DNA of 64,000 bases. Source: a virus. Lineage: Duplodnaviria; Caudoviricetes. The translations under genes were made by a program, and so were the position numbers. Below are positions 26,951 through 36,559 of this stretch, one piece after another (position 1 is the first letter of the stretch; the number at the start of each line of letters is the position of its first letter). Location: the IMG/VR virus record IMGVR_UViG_3300035491_000281, one strand, 5' to 3'. The notes beneath the pieces were generated by a model, which had not been told where the DNA came from, made no database searches, and saw only the letters and a program-made list of their open reading frames with translations.

Positions 26951-27985
26951 TCACACGTTACCGTACGCCCGCAGTACGTTGCCTTTCTGCGATTCGTAGT
27001 AGTTCTTAAACACCCACCACTCCAGCTCCATCGTGGCTTCATTGATCCGGGGGTAGGCGTGGTAGTTGAAATACTCCCGCTCCGCTGGGTGGAGTTTCAC
27101 CATATTGCGCTGACGCTCACCGTCGCGCATGCTGGCATTGAATAGCTCCCCCACCGTGTTGAACTCGTAGATCAGAATATGATCGTAGTAGGTAAAGCCC
27201 ATACAGCGGAAGTTCACCGAGATCTGGTCGTTGGCGGTGGTGAACGGAGTTTCCGAACCATCTCCTTCGAAGTTGAAGATATTGCCGATCGGGGCCGTCA
27301 TCGGGAAGGAAGCACCACAGGCGCCAATGCGGGTCACATAGGTCCGCGTCTTGTCCATGATCAGCCGGTAGATCCGGGTGTTGTAGTCAACTCGGTTATA
27401 CAGGACGTGATCCGGATAGGGCATCAAGCGCCCTTCGTAGACCAAGCCCATGTACCAGCCCCACAGCAAAAACATGAATGATATAGGATCGCCAGAAATA
27501 TTGCGGAAACTGGCTTGTATGTCGAACGACTCGTAGTTGTAGGGTACGTCGTCCACGTACGAGTATGCTTCGCGGTACAGACCCGGTTGGGTGGTCTGGG
27601 TATTCAGGGTAAAGTCCGGCCACCCGGACAGCGAAATCAAGTTGTTCGACAACAGGGGAATAAACGGATTGAGGTTATCCACCCCCGGGGACGTGATACC
27701 CTGCAATGGTAGTCGCGGGTCGAGGTAACAACGGATCATCCGTTGCACGCTGTAGGGGTTCTCCATCAGCAAGTTGGAGAGCACCCGATCGACTGCGAGG
27801 TTATCGTATGACAGGTTCAAACTTGGGCGGGTGAAAAACGTAAAGCCGTGGTTTTCCGTGTTCACCGCAATCGGGGCGTTACGCCCGACGATGTTCAACC
27901 CGTAAAACGAATCAGAAATCGTTCGATCGCGTGGCGCTTGACCGATGTTGCGTGAAATCTGATTTAAGTAATCATCGAGTGCCAT
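26951..27985 (-). CDS. Virion structural protein, tube-fold/baseplate type (phiKZ gp88-like)
   Basis: FTFFTRPSLNL and GACGASFPM..P.G pattern; synteny. Confidence 0.6.
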   Translation of the reverse strand: MALDDYLNQISRNIGQAPRDRTISDSFYGLNIVGRNAPIAVNTENHGFTFFTRPSLNLSYDNLAVDRVLSNLLMENPYSVQRMIRCYLDPRLPLQGITSPGVDNLNPFIPLLSNNLISLSGWPDFTLNTQTTQPGLYREAYSYVDDVPYNYESFDIQASFRNISGDPISFMFLLWGWYMGLVYEGRLMPYPDHVLYNRVDYNTRIYRLIMDKTRTYVTRIGACGASFPMTAPIGNIFNFEGDGSETPFTTANDQISVNFRCMGFTYYDHILIYEFNTVGELFNASMRDGERQRNMVKLHPAEREYFNYHAYPRINEATMELEWWVFKNYYESQKGNVLRAYGNV

Positions 27986-28018
27986 AACCACTCCAGTTAG
28001 AAGAGAAGGAAGTTAACC

Positions 28019-29155
28019 ATGCCATTACCTCTCACCCCTGTTGCGGCACAGGTGGGCGCTCAGCTGGGCATGACCCTGCTGGGTAAGCTGTCTAATGTCG
28101 CCATCAAAGGCGGTAAAATCGGGTCGCTTGCTGACCTGGCCCGTCCGGCTCGGGTCGAGCCGTTGGTGCTGGTCGACCAGTCCATCGCTGACCAACCGTA
28201 CATGGAAGACATCATGAAGATGTCGCTGACCACTTTTGCCGGCTACTACATGCAGGCGGTGGCCATGGTCATGAACGTGGGACGGATCGACACCCTCAAG
28301 GTACTCGATAGCCTGAACCCCACCCGCAGTGAGGGTTCCCTGACCCAGGCAGTCAAAGACGCGGTCTGGTCGAAAGAAAGCTATGCCCAAGGACTGCCCT
28401 CGCTGGAAGCATTCCAACAGCCGATGGAGCCGGGTCTGATCCTGTCGCTCGAAGATGCTGGCGGTAACCGTGCGCCCTCGCTCAGTGTCGAGGACGACTC
28501 GATCAAGAAACTGTACGAGGTCGAGAACCTGGCGGTGGGCAAAATGCTCAACGTTGAGCTCAAGGACGGGGAGAACAGCGGTAAGCTGCCGGTCCTGATC
28601 CGCCTGCTGCCGACCAAGGTCCCGTCCAAGGTCCTGACTCATATCTTTACGGCCACCACCAAGAACACCAGCTGGAAAGAGCGCTACCACCTGTGGCGTG
28701 CCGGCCAGATCCGCTTCGTGCGCGACCTGATGTTCTCCATCGACCTGATCGACGAGCACCGCAAGGCGCTGATCAACGACACCTCGAACGTCTACATGAC
28801 GATCACCGACCGCCGCCGTAACAATCTGACCAAAGCGGCTGCCACTGGCACTCCGAGCATGGCTGATGCGTCCAACATCGCAGTGATCTCCATGGCTACG
28901 GCCAAGGATATCGGTCGGACCCTGGCCGGTAAGATCGAGCAGGTCTCGGTACGCAAGAAGATCTTCGATGCCACCTACTTGATGCTGCTGGTCGTGGTGG
29001 ACGAGCGTTGGGAGCGGGTGACTGTGTACCACCGTGGGGTGGACATGCCGACTGAGCTCAGCTTCAAGGAGATCAAGAACTCCGAGAAGGGCAAGGGTCC
29101 GGACATCACCGAGATCCTCAAGGCTTACCAGCTCGGCGCCACGCCGTCGATCTAA
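28019..29155 (+). CDS. Internal head protein (phiKZ gp89-like)
   Basis: ARVEPLVLVD, AGYYMQAV, GKMLNVEL; LSLE/LSVE cleavage-like motifs; synteny. Confidence 0.7.
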   Translation: MPLPLTPVAAQVGAQLGMTLLGKLSNVAIKGGKIGSLADLARPARVEPLVLVDQSIADQPYMEDIMKMSLTTFAGYYMQAVAMVMNVGRIDTLKVLDSLNPTRSEGSLTQAVKDAVWSKESYAQGLPSLEAFQQPMEPGLILSLEDAGGNRAPSLSVEDDSIKKLYEVENLAVGKMLNVELKDGENSGKLPVLIRLLPTKVPSKVLTHIFTATTKNTSWKERYHLWRAGQIRFVRDLMFSIDLIDEHRKALINDTSNVYMTITDRRRNNLTKAAATGTPSMADASNIAVISMATAKDIGRTLAGKIEQVSVRKKIFDATYLMLLVVVDERWERVTVYHRGVDMPTELSFKEIKNSEKGKGPDITEILKAYQLGATPSI

Positions 29156-29212
29156 CCGATGGGGACTACCATGCGCCTCATTGAAACCCTTTAACCGGAG
29201 CACAGTCCAGTT

Positions 29213-30112
29213 ATGAAAATCATCCAATACGTCAAATCGCTGGCGCCGGTGTACGAACGCAAAGAGCTGATCGCCGCCCTGAACCAGCTACAGGAAGAGT
29301 TGCGTGATAACACCCTGCCGGTGGCCAAGGACATCCAGGAAGCCTTTGCCAATCATCAGTTCCGCTCTAAGTACATCGAGCAGGTGCGCCGCGCCCTGGC
29401 CCGTCACGTGGTCTTCCAAGGTTCAGGTATCGACCTGATGGTCGGTTCGCTGGAAAACCTCGACAAGAGCCTGCCGGCCCTGGAGCGGGAAGTCAAGCGG
29501 GCGTTCTCTTTCCAGTTCGCCACCACTGGCATCACCTACGACCGGGTGCAGATCCTGCAGTTCATCGAATCGGCGTTTTTCTACCTGCGCTTCTTCCGCA
29601 AGATGATGCTGCGCCTGGTGGCCGAAGAAGCCATCGCGGTCGGTACCGCCACCCCGATGTCTTGGGCCAAGGCCGAGCGCGAATGGCTCGACGAAGGTCT
29701 GGCCACTTTTGCCGGTCTCTACCAGGCAATGAACCAGTCCGAATCGCAGCTCAAGCAGAGCCTGGCCCGCACCTCCACCGCCGAAGTGTCCGAGGACACC
29801 TATGACGTGGCGGTGTCCTCGATCGGCATGACCAAGCTCGACCCGCTCAAGTTGTCGAACTTCTCGGCTACGCAGTTCAACCCGTTCTTCTCGTTGGGTA
29901 AGGCCATCGCCGAATGGAAGGTCAAGCGCTACCAGGCGGCCAAGGAAGAGCATCAGGGACTGCAATTGCGCCTGCAGGAGTTGCGTGAGCTGCGTAGCGA
30001 AGGCCGGGCGTCGGCCAAGCTGCAGAAGCTGATCCAGCACACCGAGCAGCGCATCGAGCAGCTCGACTACAAGCTCACCAAGATCGAAGAAGCCAACCGG
30101 CTCGACGACTGA
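29213..30112 (+). CDS. Internal head/inner body protein (phiKZ gp90-like)
   Basis: FNPFFSLG followed by a C-terminal coiled coil; synteny. Confidence 0.7.
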   Translation: MKIIQYVKSLAPVYERKELIAALNQLQEELRDNTLPVAKDIQEAFANHQFRSKYIEQVRRALARHVVFQGSGIDLMVGSLENLDKSLPALEREVKRAFSFQFATTGITYDRVQILQFIESAFFYLRFFRKMMLRLVAEEAIAVGTATPMSWAKAEREWLDEGLATFAGLYQAMNQSESQLKQSLARTSTAEVSEDTYDVAVSSIGMTKLDPLKLSNFSATQFNPFFSLGKAIAEWKVKRYQAAKEEHQGLQLRLQELRELRSEGRASAKLQKLIQHTEQRIEQLDYKLTKIEEANRLDD

Positions 30113-30122
30113 GGATTACCCC

Positions 30123-30665
30123 ATGGCCATGCCCAACCACGTGAAAATGTTTCCGCGCGGATACAGCGGTGGGCAGTCGCGGGCTAAGCCCGTGCACAGC
30201 AACCGCGAAGGTGATCCGGAGATCACCGCCCTGTGGAAGCAGTACTGCGAGCCGGTCAACAACTCCACCAGCTGGCAATTCCGCCGGCTGGTGTTGGGTT
30301 GCGCCAAGCGCCTGCTCGGTGGTCGCCCCAACTGGTTCCTGAGCCAAGACCCCAACCCGTGGGTCCTGGCCTACAACTACCAGTTCGTGATCGACACCCT
30401 GCGGTTCATCGGCACCGGCCGGCGACGGATCAGCATCCACGCCTGGCCGGACCTGCTCAGCAACTACCCCAAGAACGAACTGCCGGACGTGAGTAACCGC
30501 CATGAGATCGCGGACACGTTCACCCAGCTCGCCCTGACCACCTCGATCGATGCGCTGCTCCAGCTCTGGTGCAGCCACCCGAAAGGCTTCGACGACATGA
30601 TATGCACGTTGAATCTGCTCTTCGGCGATCATCCGCTCAAGATCGAATCCGATCCCAACGCCTAA
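30123..30665 (+). CDS. Conserved phiKZ-like hypothetical protein
   Basis: 180 aa, operon packing. Confidence 0.7.
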   Translation: MAMPNHVKMFPRGYSGGQSRAKPVHSNREGDPEITALWKQYCEPVNNSTSWQFRRLVLGCAKRLLGGRPNWFLSQDPNPWVLAYNYQFVIDTLRFIGTGRRRISIHAWPDLLSNYPKNELPDVSNRHEIADTFTQLALTTSIDALLQLWCSHPKGFDDMICTLNLLFGDHPLKIESDPNA

Positions 30666-30682
30666 CCATGGAGTAAGTCCAG

Positions 30683-32074
30683 ATGTCCAAATCCACCCTC
30701 AAATCCTACCTGGCCGATGCCACCACCTCGCTGGGTCTGGAAGAGTTCACCGACGGCGAGCAGAAGCTCGACGTGATTGTCTCCAGCGAACCGAGCGTTG
30801 ACCAGGTTGTTACCGAAATGGTCGAAGCCAAGATCGTCCAGGACGAAATCTCCCGCGACTGTGACGCCCTGGTGGAAGCCCAGTGCGCCATGGAATCCTA
30901 CGCTGCGCTGCTCAGCGCCGCCACCAGCGAAGGCGGGATCGACGGTCATTCCGCGGCCTTCCTACGCGTCGGCCTGGAGCGTTACGAAGACCTGTTCGGT
31001 CTGAGCGAACCGCTGACCCCGTCGGTGGAAGCTTTCGGCGGTAGCGCTTCGAAGCAGCACGCCACCACCGTCTCCCTGGAGAAGCTCTCCGAAACCCTGA
31101 AGAAGGGCTGGGAGATCATCAAGAAGGCCCTGGCTGCGCTGTGGAACGCCCTGAAAGACGTCTACGCCAAAGCCACGGGCGCTGCCACCCGCCTGGAGCG
31201 TCGCGCCAAGGAACTGGAAGTCAAGGCCGCCAAGCTGATCGGTACCGACGCACCCGACGCCAAGATCACCATCCGTGGCGCCTCCAAGCTGTTCGCTGAT
31301 GGCGAGAACCTGGCAGGCGATATCAAGCCGATTGCCGGCTTCGTGGCCTTCGCCAACAAGGTCTATCCGGAAACCATCCTGCGCTACGTTGCCGACGTAG
31401 CTGGTGCCGTGGGCAGCTACGACCCGGCCAGGGGTAAAGATGCCGCCTTCACCGGGCTGACCAGCAAGATCCTCTCCATCGGTGACGTCGTCGCCCGGTT
31501 CAGCGAGTTCAAGGCGGCATCCGCCAGCGACCGTCGTTTCGGCAGGGACGTCTATGTGGTGCGCAGTGAAGTGCTGCCGGGGAACCAGGCGCTCTACATC
31601 AGCGCGCCGCAGCGCGATGGCGCCAGCATGGAGGAGAAGATCCGCAAGTTGGGCGGTAGCCTGAACGCGCAGATGCTGGTTGACACCGGTGCCAAGGCTG
31701 CTCCGGAATCGGTAGAGGTGGAAGTCAAGGGTCCGGCCCAGCTGAAGAACACTGCCGCGGAAATCGCCCGTACCGCCGCTGCCGTCGTTCGCGGTGCCGA
31801 CAACGCCGACAAGGTGAAGAAGGCTGTGGACGAGCTGATCAAGGCCGGTGACGCGCTGAAAGAGCGCGCGGACAAGGCGGAGCTGTCGAGCGAACATCAG
31901 CAGCAGGTCGATGCGGTCCTGCGTGGTCTGGTGTCGGTGCAGAAACTGCTCGGTACCTCGATCAACGGCATGCTCTCCTACAGCGTCTCGGCACTGAACG
32001 TACAGCTGGCGGTGGTCGAGCGTCAACTGGCGGCATACCCGTCCAGCGAGTCCAAGGCCGTAGTCCCGGCTTAA
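30683..32074 (+). CDS. Internal head protein (gp93-family-like)
   Basis: Acidic propeptide with LGLE, PSVE and VSLE sites, then KLSETLKKGWEIIKKALAALW; strong codon bias. Confidence 0.8.
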   Translation: MSKSTLKSYLADATTSLGLEEFTDGEQKLDVIVSSEPSVDQVVTEMVEAKIVQDEISRDCDALVEAQCAMESYAALLSAATSEGGIDGHSAAFLRVGLERYEDLFGLSEPLTPSVEAFGGSASKQHATTVSLEKLSETLKKGWEIIKKALAALWNALKDVYAKATGAATRLERRAKELEVKAAKLIGTDAPDAKITIRGASKLFADGENLAGDIKPIAGFVAFANKVYPETILRYVADVAGAVGSYDPARGKDAAFTGLTSKILSIGDVVARFSEFKAASASDRRFGRDVYVVRSEVLPGNQALYISAPQRDGASMEEKIRKLGGSLNAQMLVDTGAKAAPESVEVEVKGPAQLKNTAAEIARTAAAVVRGADNADKVKKAVDELIKAGDALKERADKAELSSEHQQQVDAVLRGLVSVQKLLGTSINGMLSYSVSALNVQLAVVERQLAAYPSSESKAVVPA

Positions 32075-32131
32075 GCCTCAACGACCCCATGAGGGAGGCC
32101 TTCGGGCCTCTCTCTATTTCGGAGGACGCTT

Positions 32132-33295
32132 ATGATCCGTTTATCGCAATACCTTCCGGATAGCCCGAGTGAACCGGAAGTGACTCCGTTTGAAACCGTC
32201 TCTGAAGTAGGACAGCTCGCCGACCTGTTGGGCGAGGACAGCAGTCGCGCCGAACAGGTACTGCGGTTACTTGACGGCCTGGAGGACTTCGCTGAGCAGC
32301 CGACTGTAGAGACGGCCGAGCCGCTACTGTTGCCGGAACTCGGCACCGAGGGCTTCAGTGAGGTGGTGGATCAGATCTGGGAGACCATCAAACGCTGGCT
32401 GGCGGCTATCGCGCGCATCCTACCGAGTGAGGAAGAAACCACCTCGGTGATGGCTGGTTCGGTACTGCTACTGGCCAACAACCTCAAGGTGGAATCCCGC
32501 GCTCGTATCGCCAATTCCAAACGTACCGGTAGTCTGGAAATCGGTAAGCAGGTAGGCGCACTGTCGGTGCACTACCGCCCACCGCGTGACATCGGTCAGG
32601 TGATTTCCAATCTCCGGGTGCTGGAGAAGCAGCTCTCCAGTTATTACCACTACGTCCAACAGGTTCTCACCGGTGGCATTCCGCGAGTGATCGCCCGCAT
32701 CAACGCCCTCGACCCGCTGACGTTGAGTCCCGAACGGCTAGCTGAGTTGACACACGAGTTGGAGCGGTTATCCCCGTTGTACCTGGAGTCGGCGTTGGGT
32801 CTGCAGAAACAACCCAGCGGTCATCGGGTTGGTCCGCACCTGATAGGGAACTACAAGCTGGTGTTGGCCCCCTATACTGCCGGTGAACAGAACCTGCGGC
32901 GCTTGGGTAATCTGGGATTACGGATTCAGCACTCGGAACTGACCCCGCGGAAGCTACCGGAGAGCTTCGCTATTCCCCGCTTCCCGTTGGTCACCAGCGA
33001 CCAGTGTCTGGATCAGGTGGTACGCACCGCACAGGTCCTGGCCGATGCCTTTGATTACAACAACCGCAAGCAGCGCGTCAAGACCATCGATGACTTGACG
33101 CGGGCCATCGATGGGTTTGCCAGCAAAGCCAAACGCATTCCGAACGGGAACCCCACCCAAAAGGAACAGGCCGAACAGGTGATCCGTCTGTCCCGCACAC
33201 TGGTGGATTGGATGACCAACCCGTACCGCGGGCTGGCCACTCAGGCACTGCGATCGTTGCGCGCTGCACTGAACGTCTGTCGCGCCAACGCCTAA
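32132..33295 (+). CDS. Internal head protein (gp93-97 paralogue family)
   Basis: LGTE|GFSEVVDQIWETIKRWL pattern. Confidence 0.7.
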   Translation: MIRLSQYLPDSPSEPEVTPFETVSEVGQLADLLGEDSSRAEQVLRLLDGLEDFAEQPTVETAEPLLLPELGTEGFSEVVDQIWETIKRWLAAIARILPSEEETTSVMAGSVLLLANNLKVESRARIANSKRTGSLEIGKQVGALSVHYRPPRDIGQVISNLRVLEKQLSSYYHYVQQVLTGGIPRVIARINALDPLTLSPERLAELTHELERLSPLYLESALGLQKQPSGHRVGPHLIGNYKLVLAPYTAGEQNLRRLGNLGLRIQHSELTPRKLPESFAIPRFPLVTSDQCLDQVVRTAQVLADAFDYNNRKQRVKTIDDLTRAIDGFASKAKRIPNGNPTQKEQAEQVIRLSRTLVDWMTNPYRGLATQALRSLRAALNVCRANA

Positions 33296-33375
33296 ACTCA
33301 GCGTACCGCTTATTGGTATGAGCGGTAACGCTTTGCGATCGCAATCCTTTTCGTTAACTCCATGGAGTAAAACAG

Positions 33376-34746
33376 ATGAGTCTGTTGAAGCAATACCTGT
33401 CGCTGGAAAGCGCAGCCGAAGTCGAAGTCGAGATCAAAGAAGACGGCGGCGTCGTGGTCGAGATCGAAGTGCCCGAAGTGCAGCCGGTTTCCGAAGACGA
33501 AGTCTACGAAGCCGAAGAAACCCTGGACAATACTGCCGCCATCGGCGCTGCCGAGCAGGCCGCTATCGCTGAGGCGGACCAGGTCGCCGAAGAACTGGAC
33601 GACCGTAGCGCTGCCCTGGAAAACTTCTGCGAGATCCTGAGCCACGGCATCGAGCACGGTCAGTATTCCCCGCAGTTCGCCGCCCTGGTCTCGACCGGCC
33701 TGGAAGAATACAGCGCCCTCTTTGGTGAACCTCAAGTGGTGGCGTCGCTGGAAAACTACGGGCACGAAAACCTGGAAGAGTTCTACAAGCTGGCGCTGGA
33801 GGACTTCACCGAGAAGCTCTACAAGCTCAAAGGTGCGGTCGACCGCGCTTCCGTCTCGCCATTCCTGGCCCTGGCCAACAAGGCCCGTTCCGCTACTCGG
33901 TCGGCCTCTGCGATTGCGGTGCGTAAGAAGGCCGACGCCCTGCTGGAAAAGCTGGCGCAGGCTTCTGGTGCCAAAGCCAGTGAAGTCAGCCTGAAGGGTC
34001 TGAAGGCTAAGCTCGCCGTGAAAGGCGCGGTACCGAGCAACCTGCTCCAGGCAGTGAAGAACGACCAGCGTGCCGTCCAGGAGCTGCTGGACACCTACGC
34101 CACTGCTGGTCTGAAGTACAACGACGAACTGGCGAAGACGCTCGACAGTGCGGTCAAGAAAGTCCGCGCCAAGGATAAGGATGGCGCCGTTGCTGAAATC
34201 AACGCGTTCGCCAAGAAGCCCCGCCCTGAGGACAAACTCTCGGCCGGTATCCGCGATGGCTCCGCCCTGCTCGGTAACGTGGCGCTGAAATTCGACGCGG
34301 CAGCTAAGGTCGAAGACGGTAAGGGTCTGTTCAAGGCCGAAGCCAAGCGCGGCGCACCCAAGCTCAAGAGCCTGGGTGGCGACATCGGCGGCAGCGATAG
34401 CATCGAGCTGAGCCTGGCTGATATCAAGGCCCTGCTGGTGGCGGCTAAGGCGTACTCGGTACTGATCGAGAAAGCCAACGGTAGCATCACCAACGCTACC
34501 AAAGGTATCACCTACAAGTCGACCGCCGAAAAGGCCTACGCTAACCACGAAGGTGATTTCTCGTTCAAGATCTTCAAGACCGCTGAGATTCAGGATCTGA
34601 ACGCGTTCTGGCGGGCGTACCCGTCGGCGCTGACCAGCCTGATCTCCGACAGCTTCGGTCATGCCACCGACAGCGCCAAGGCGCTGCTGGCTCTGGCTGA
34701 GCGCGCGATCGGAAAACTCGGTAAGAGCGAGAAGAAAGACGACTGA
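33376..34746 (+). CDS. Abundant internal head protein (gp93-97 paralogue family)
   Basis: Glu/Val-rich propeptide, ASLE|NYG and LALE|DF; highly biased codons; TATG late motif upstream. Confidence 0.8.
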   Translation: MSLLKQYLSLESAAEVEVEIKEDGGVVVEIEVPEVQPVSEDEVYEAEETLDNTAAIGAAEQAAIAEADQVAEELDDRSAALENFCEILSHGIEHGQYSPQFAALVSTGLEEYSALFGEPQVVASLENYGHENLEEFYKLALEDFTEKLYKLKGAVDRASVSPFLALANKARSATRSASAIAVRKKADALLEKLAQASGAKASEVSLKGLKAKLAVKGAVPSNLLQAVKNDQRAVQELLDTYATAGLKYNDELAKTLDSAVKKVRAKDKDGAVAEINAFAKKPRPEDKLSAGIRDGSALLGNVALKFDAAAKVEDGKGLFKAEAKRGAPKLKSLGGDIGGSDSIELSLADIKALLVAAKAYSVLIEKANGSITNATKGITYKSTAEKAYANHEGDFSFKIFKTAEIQDLNAFWRAYPSALTSLISDSFGHATDSAKALLALAERAIGKLGKSEKKDD

Positions 34747-34766
34747 TCCTCGGTCTCTTTCGGAAT

Positions 34767-34795
34767 AAAAAAAGCCTCCTTCGGGAGGCTTTTTT
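34767..34795. terminator. Bidirectional intrinsic terminator
   Basis: A7-GCCTCC-TTCG-GGAGGC-T6. Confidence 0.85.
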
Positions 34796-34856
34796 GCCGT
34801 TGCGTCCCGGCCTGGCCGATCTTATGATCTTCTTCAGACCCATAAAGGGGTTTCTC

Positions 34857-36557
34857 ATGCCACATGCCCTTCTTGCCCTACCCGACGTGTATGAGTCGGT
34901 TACCCGCCGTGTGGCGGTGGATGTCACTAAGCAGCTGGCCCGATTGATGCGTCTGCCCGGCGACACCACGGTCTATCTGCCTGGCAACAGCGAGACCGTG
35001 CCGATGAATGGCGGTACCTTTGGCGATTGCTACGACCCCAAGGTCAAGTATCCTGCCGAAGCTCATCTGACGGTGCGCTACAACGAAGAACTCGAAGAGC
35101 AGCACACCCTAGTCACTCCAGTTCACAACCAGGAGCATTTTCCGCTGTTTCATGACGAACACCGCGACATCGTGATGCGCCCGGTATACCGCTACGTGGC
35201 CCTGACTGTTACGCTGGAATACAATGCCCCCAGCATCGTCTTGGTGCAGCGGTGGTTGGATGAGATGCGCACCCGCATCTCCATGGGCCGGGCGGAGCTG
35301 TACCAGGATCTGGAATACCACTTCGGTCTCCCGCCGGTGGCCTTGGAGATACTGCGGCACCTGCACACCACCCGCGAGAGCTCGACCAGTCCGACCGGTG
35401 AGAGTTTTGAGGACTATCTCAAGGCGCACTTGAAGGTGCCGGTCAAGACCATCACCTCACTGGCCGATACCGGCGCCACTTTGGTCTTCCCGGAACATCA
35501 GTACGAGGTCTTGGGTTGGTTCGATTTTACCACCAGTCCGAACAACCCGGACAAGGAAGAGGCGGGGAACTACAAAGCCACTGTCACCTACACCTTACGT
35601 TACAACCGCCCCATGCAAGTGTACCTGCGCTACCCCTACCTGGTACACAACAAGGTCGTAGGTCGCGCCTTCCGCCCCAGTGAGCCGTACGAGACCTTTC
35701 GCAAGCACGGTCGCCGGGTCAGTACCACCAAGGGGAGTTTCGATGGCTTTCTGTCATTTCTCAAGACCCACGAAATCCCGTATATCCAATACCCGGATAC
35801 CGACGACTGGGTCCCGGACAGTGTCCCGAAAGAACGCCTGACCTTTTTCACCGGACTGTTGGCGTTGAACCCGAGTGATAAACGCGGCCTAATCGACCTG
35901 TCCAACCTTGGAGAATATACTTTCAAGCCTTACTTTTTGGAGTACTTCTACCAACAAGGTCAGCGCCTGTTCGGCACGACCAGCAGTATTTTCGAATTTC
36001 GGCTTTACGAAAACCGCGTTCAGCGTACGGATGTTCAGCTGAGCTTCAAACCCGGCACCGTCACCATCCAGACCGATCGGGATTTGGATTTGACCCGTTA
36101 CTACCACATCCAGATCTCGCTGCGGCGGAACTGGTACTCGGTAGACACCGAGACCTTACAGTGCCTGCGCCGTTATCCGACGGTGATGTATTACTGTCTG
36201 CTGGCGTTGGGGTATAAACTGGGCGAGCGGGAGTACCCGGCGCTGCGTCTGATTGGGCAGGGTGCGCCGCGACCCGCGTCTCCCCTGTGTCCGGGCGAGG
36301 GGTCTCTGATTGGTGATCCCAGCAAAGGCGGCACCTGGCCCTGGCCCTGGTTGCCGGGCGAGTGGGGCGATATCCCCTGGCAGGGCGGTGATTGGGAAAG
36401 CCCGTATCACAGCGGCGTGGTAACCACCACTGATATGCAGAAGGCCCGCGATTGGACCGACGCCCATGCCGGGGATTACATCGATCGGATTCGAGTCGGG
36501 CCGCCGACAGTCCTGTACGCGGAAATCATTGCCTTGAAACATAATGCGAGGTCTTAA
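34857..36557 (+). CDS. Virion structural protein (phiKZ gp98-like position)
   Basis: Long ORF, start ATG 34857; synteny. Confidence 0.65.
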   Translation: MPHALLALPDVYESVTRRVAVDVTKQLARLMRLPGDTTVYLPGNSETVPMNGGTFGDCYDPKVKYPAEAHLTVRYNEELEEQHTLVTPVHNQEHFPLFHDEHRDIVMRPVYRYVALTVTLEYNAPSIVLVQRWLDEMRTRISMGRAELYQDLEYHFGLPPVALEILRHLHTTRESSTSPTGESFEDYLKAHLKVPVKTITSLADTGATLVFPEHQYEVLGWFDFTTSPNNPDKEEAGNYKATVTYTLRYNRPMQVYLRYPYLVHNKVVGRAFRPSEPYETFRKHGRRVSTTKGSFDGFLSFLKTHEIPYIQYPDTDDWVPDSVPKERLTFFTGLLALNPSDKRGLIDLSNLGEYTFKPYFLEYFYQQGQRLFGTTSSIFEFRLYENRVQRTDVQLSFKPGTVTIQTDRDLDLTRYYHIQISLRRNWYSVDTETLQCLRRYPTVMYYCLLALGYKLGEREYPALRLIGQGAPRPASPLCPGEGSLIGDPSKGGTWPWPWLPGEWGDIPWQGGDWESPYHSGVVTTTDMQKARDWTDAHAGDYIDRIRVGPPTVLYAEIIALKHNARS

Positions 36558-36559
36558 CC

